Source of the DNA: Paragordius varius
Lineage: Eukaryota > Animalia > Nematomorpha
DNA: 64,000 nucleotides
Assembly (NCBI GenBank): GCA_964247055.1
Contig: OZ176052.1
Span: forward strand, 558,001-622,000
Direction: 5' to 3'
This document shows positions 61,167-64,000 of this stretch, in pieces. Numbering within the stretch: position 1 is the stretch's first letter; each line of letters starts with the position of its first letter. A model generated the notes under the pieces. It saw only the letters and a list, made by a program, of their open reading frames with translations, was not told where the DNA came from and did not search any database. The position numbers were made by a program, and so were the translations under genes.

Positions 61167-63584
61167 ATGGATGAAATATCGAATGAATTAAATTTCAACA
61201 TTATTACTACGCACAATAATATAAATAATTGTTATGAAAATAAGCAAGATGACACGTTCTACATGTCATCCAAATTTAATCACCGCAAAAGGGGTAAAAA
61301 TTTTCCCAATACTTTTAATAACTCTCATAGTTATAACAAGGAAAAGTTTTATCAAAACAGCCGTGGTTCTTCAACTATGAATGGTGGAAGGGAAACGAAT
61401 TCCAATTTTAATCCTACTAAATTTCGACATTTTAATCGTTTTAAACATTCTGATATGTTTGATAACAATTTTAACAATAATAGATGTTATGTTACACCAC
61501 CATCGGCCCAACCCAATGATATTGGGATAGACTGTGATGGACATTTATACTACAAGTAATAATTATTTGTCAAAGTTTTAAAAGTACGACACGACGACTT
61601 TATAAGTAATACAATTATAACAGGAAGAGAGATACATGTGTTTTTTTTAAAGTCTCAAAATTTATTTAACAATCAGAAAAAATGACAAATTGATGTCTAA
61701 ATAATATACCATCTATTCCCATTTGAATAAGAAACAACGTCACCATATTTGATTTTTATAGTAGGAATTGGAATTATACGGACAAATTGTAAAATTATAA
61801 AGAAAAATATTTTTGATAGAAAAGACAACTATATTAATTTAATTTTGATTATTTTAATTATTATAACCCATTGTTTAAAATGGCAAAGTGTGAAATAGAC
61901 ATGTATATTGGCAAAACAATCAATTATATATTTTACAATTTTGATTAGGAAAAATAAAATGGTAAAAAGCAGTAGTGTCTTTTTGAAAAAATATTTGCCT
62001 TTATATTTTTTCGTTTTGTCCGTATAATTTGAATTTTTGCTTTGTATATTATTGCATATACTAAAATATTATAGTTTTTAGAGTTAATTAACCTATAGTT
62101 ATCTCAATATTTAGCCAAAATTTTATCGCTGTCCCTAATAGTCCACATACCCTATAATGGTGTGTATGTTGCATTTTCTCAATTGTCTTTTAATGTAAAT
62201 TGAAATGTATAATATTAAAGCCTTCACATTTTATATGTTTTTTTATTTGAACCTAGTAGCCTAATGTACTCAAACCGCTATACTCGCATAGTTTTTATTT
62301 TTATTTCCTATTTAATAAAAATTTTTGTTAATAGATATTTAAGGTAAAAGAAATCTTAATAGTTATTTTGATTCCATATAATTATTATCATGCTGCAAAA
62401 TGGTTTAAAGTTATTTATTATCTGATTTTATATGCATTTCAGTTGGATATATATAAGAGAGCTAAAGATATTTAATAATGTAAAGACTGAAAATAATTTT
62501 GGTAACATATATTTTTTCATTTATTGATAAAAAAATACAGTTCGGCTCTTTCTTCCTCTTTTTAATAAAGGGCAAAGAATTATATCAGGACTCGTCAAAG
62601 CTTTAACAATCGCCTGCTTAGGGCTGACAGTGATAATGGAAAAAATGCGCTGTTTCGAGTTTCGACTCTAGCACTTGACAGACAAAAATTCGGCTTTCAT
62701 TTATAATTATTTGGCCGATTTTAATTATAAAAATAATACTGTAAAAATTAAAATTATACAGACAAACCTGAAAATATAAAAACAAATATTTTTTTCAAAT
62801 GACAACCAACCATACTTTTTTCCTAATAATTTATTTAATTCCCATTCTTTAATATAATTAATTGTGTTACCAATATACATCTCCATTTCATACTGGGTAA
62901 TTTTAAACAATGGCTTATATTTCAAAAAATGGAGAGTAAAAAAAGTATGGTTGTTTTTTTGGAAAAAAATATTTGTCTTTATATTTTTACGTTTTGTCCG
63001 TATTTAATTTTTAGCTAATTATTTTATTAAATTTTACCATATTTGTTAATTATATCGATAGGAACCCATTTGCCAACATAAATCATCAATACAATCAACA
63101 TTTTTATGGTGAGGACCATGGTATGGGTAGCTCTTTACCCATTACCCATAATACTTTGGGGGAACTAACTCCAAAAATGTCTGAAAATCTTGTTAATATT
63201 TCTGCTAAGAATGGTGAACGAGAGAATATGCCTACTCATTTTGCTGCAAAGTTTTCTGGTTTCATATCCTCCTATCCCATGGCAAACAAACATTATCGAG
63301 CCAGTAGTAACCTTAAAAGTCATCACAAGAACAATAATGGTTATGATATGGAACAAGAACTTGTAAAGCATAATGTAGCCTATGAACATACGGAAGATGC
63401 CATTGTGTTTCGGAAAGGACTTAGTTTACAGAACACAGTCAGGTGTATATATATATATATATATAATATGTTATAGCGTGTCAAATTTAGGGTTAAAAAT
63501 GTGGTTTTATTATTATATGGTATTTTTGGATTCTCTTCTTTCAGAATCCAAAATCGGAGATCATTAACTGGAAAAATTAATTAA
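61167..63584 (+). CDS. Hypothetical Asn-rich protein, 3 exons, at least 269 aa
   Basis: Exons 61167-61555, 63062-63442 and 63545-63584 join in phase (2,2) and end in TAA. The frame is open upstream to an acceptor at 61106-61107, so a further 5' exon is possible. No family recognised. Confidence 0.6.
62739..63015. mobile_element. MITE family B
   Basis: ctgtaaaaattaaaattatacagacaaacc ... cgttttgtccgtat. Confidence 0.7.
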
Positions 63585-64000
63585 GCAGTAAGATGTTTTT
63601 AAATTTTCGTTATAATTCTTATTTATCTAAAATTGCTAAACTTTGAAAATCAATAAAAATACTAAAATACATAAATTAAGCTGTACGACATTTACAAGAT
63701 AAAGCGTTTAAAATAAAAATCAAATTTTATGAAATAGAATTAAAAAGCATATGCCGTAAATTTTTGGTTATGGGCGTTTTAAATACAAAAAATTAAGCTA
63801 AATTATAAAAACTTTAGATTATTTACGTTGATCCCTAAGCTCGGTGCTTGAGATAGAAATTAAATTAAGATTCTAATTTCTATAATAAAATACATTTATG
63901 CACCAAATGTAAAAATGCTTCATGGTTAATAAAAACTAAGTTGGGTCTTAATTGATCCTAAAAGCATATTATTTCTCCATCTCAGGTACTAAACGGGTTA

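Noticed and set aside
62640-62690. tRNA gene
   Set aside because: Only a partial B-box-like match; no acceptor stem, D-arm or anticodon arm could be built.

Overview
Eukaryotic nuclear DNA from an extremely AT-rich animal (about 20% GC by eye). An invertebrate is inferred from gene content; the species cannot be determined. All gene models were assembled by hand from GT-AG boundaries and reading-frame continuity, with no RNA evidence. Five protein-coding genes: (1) an 11-exon, divergent CDC20/fizzy-type APC/C co-activator (minus, 1670-15870); (2) a 14-exon uncharacterised protein with a probable winged-helix region and a C-terminal nucleoside-phosphorylase-like (PNP_UDP_1) domain (plus, 18721-35647); (3) a 12-exon CLK/LAMMER kinase (plus, 41548-49814); (4) an intronless ULK3 kinase with MIT domains (minus, 50515-52401); (5) a 3-exon Asn-rich orphan (plus, about 61167-63584). 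Introns and intergenic DNA are filled with non-autonomous TA-flanked inverted-repeat elements: family A with 21-bp subterminal repeats, family B of about 290 bp with CAGTAAAA termini, several hairpin MITEs and about 3-kb composite TIR elements. Also present are a complete but decayed Buster-type hAT transposon with an 8-bp TSD, its 152-bp derivative, and the 3' end of an RTE LINE. No rRNA, tRNA or CRISPR array could be supported. Most interesting signals: a MITE terminus that supplies a gene's 5' splice site (candidate MITE-driven intron gain); repeated tandem echoes of exon edges in CDC20 introns; a CDC20 that appears to lack its KEN-box receptor, Mad2-binding motif and IR tail; and a PNP-domain protein lacking the catalytic Asp.
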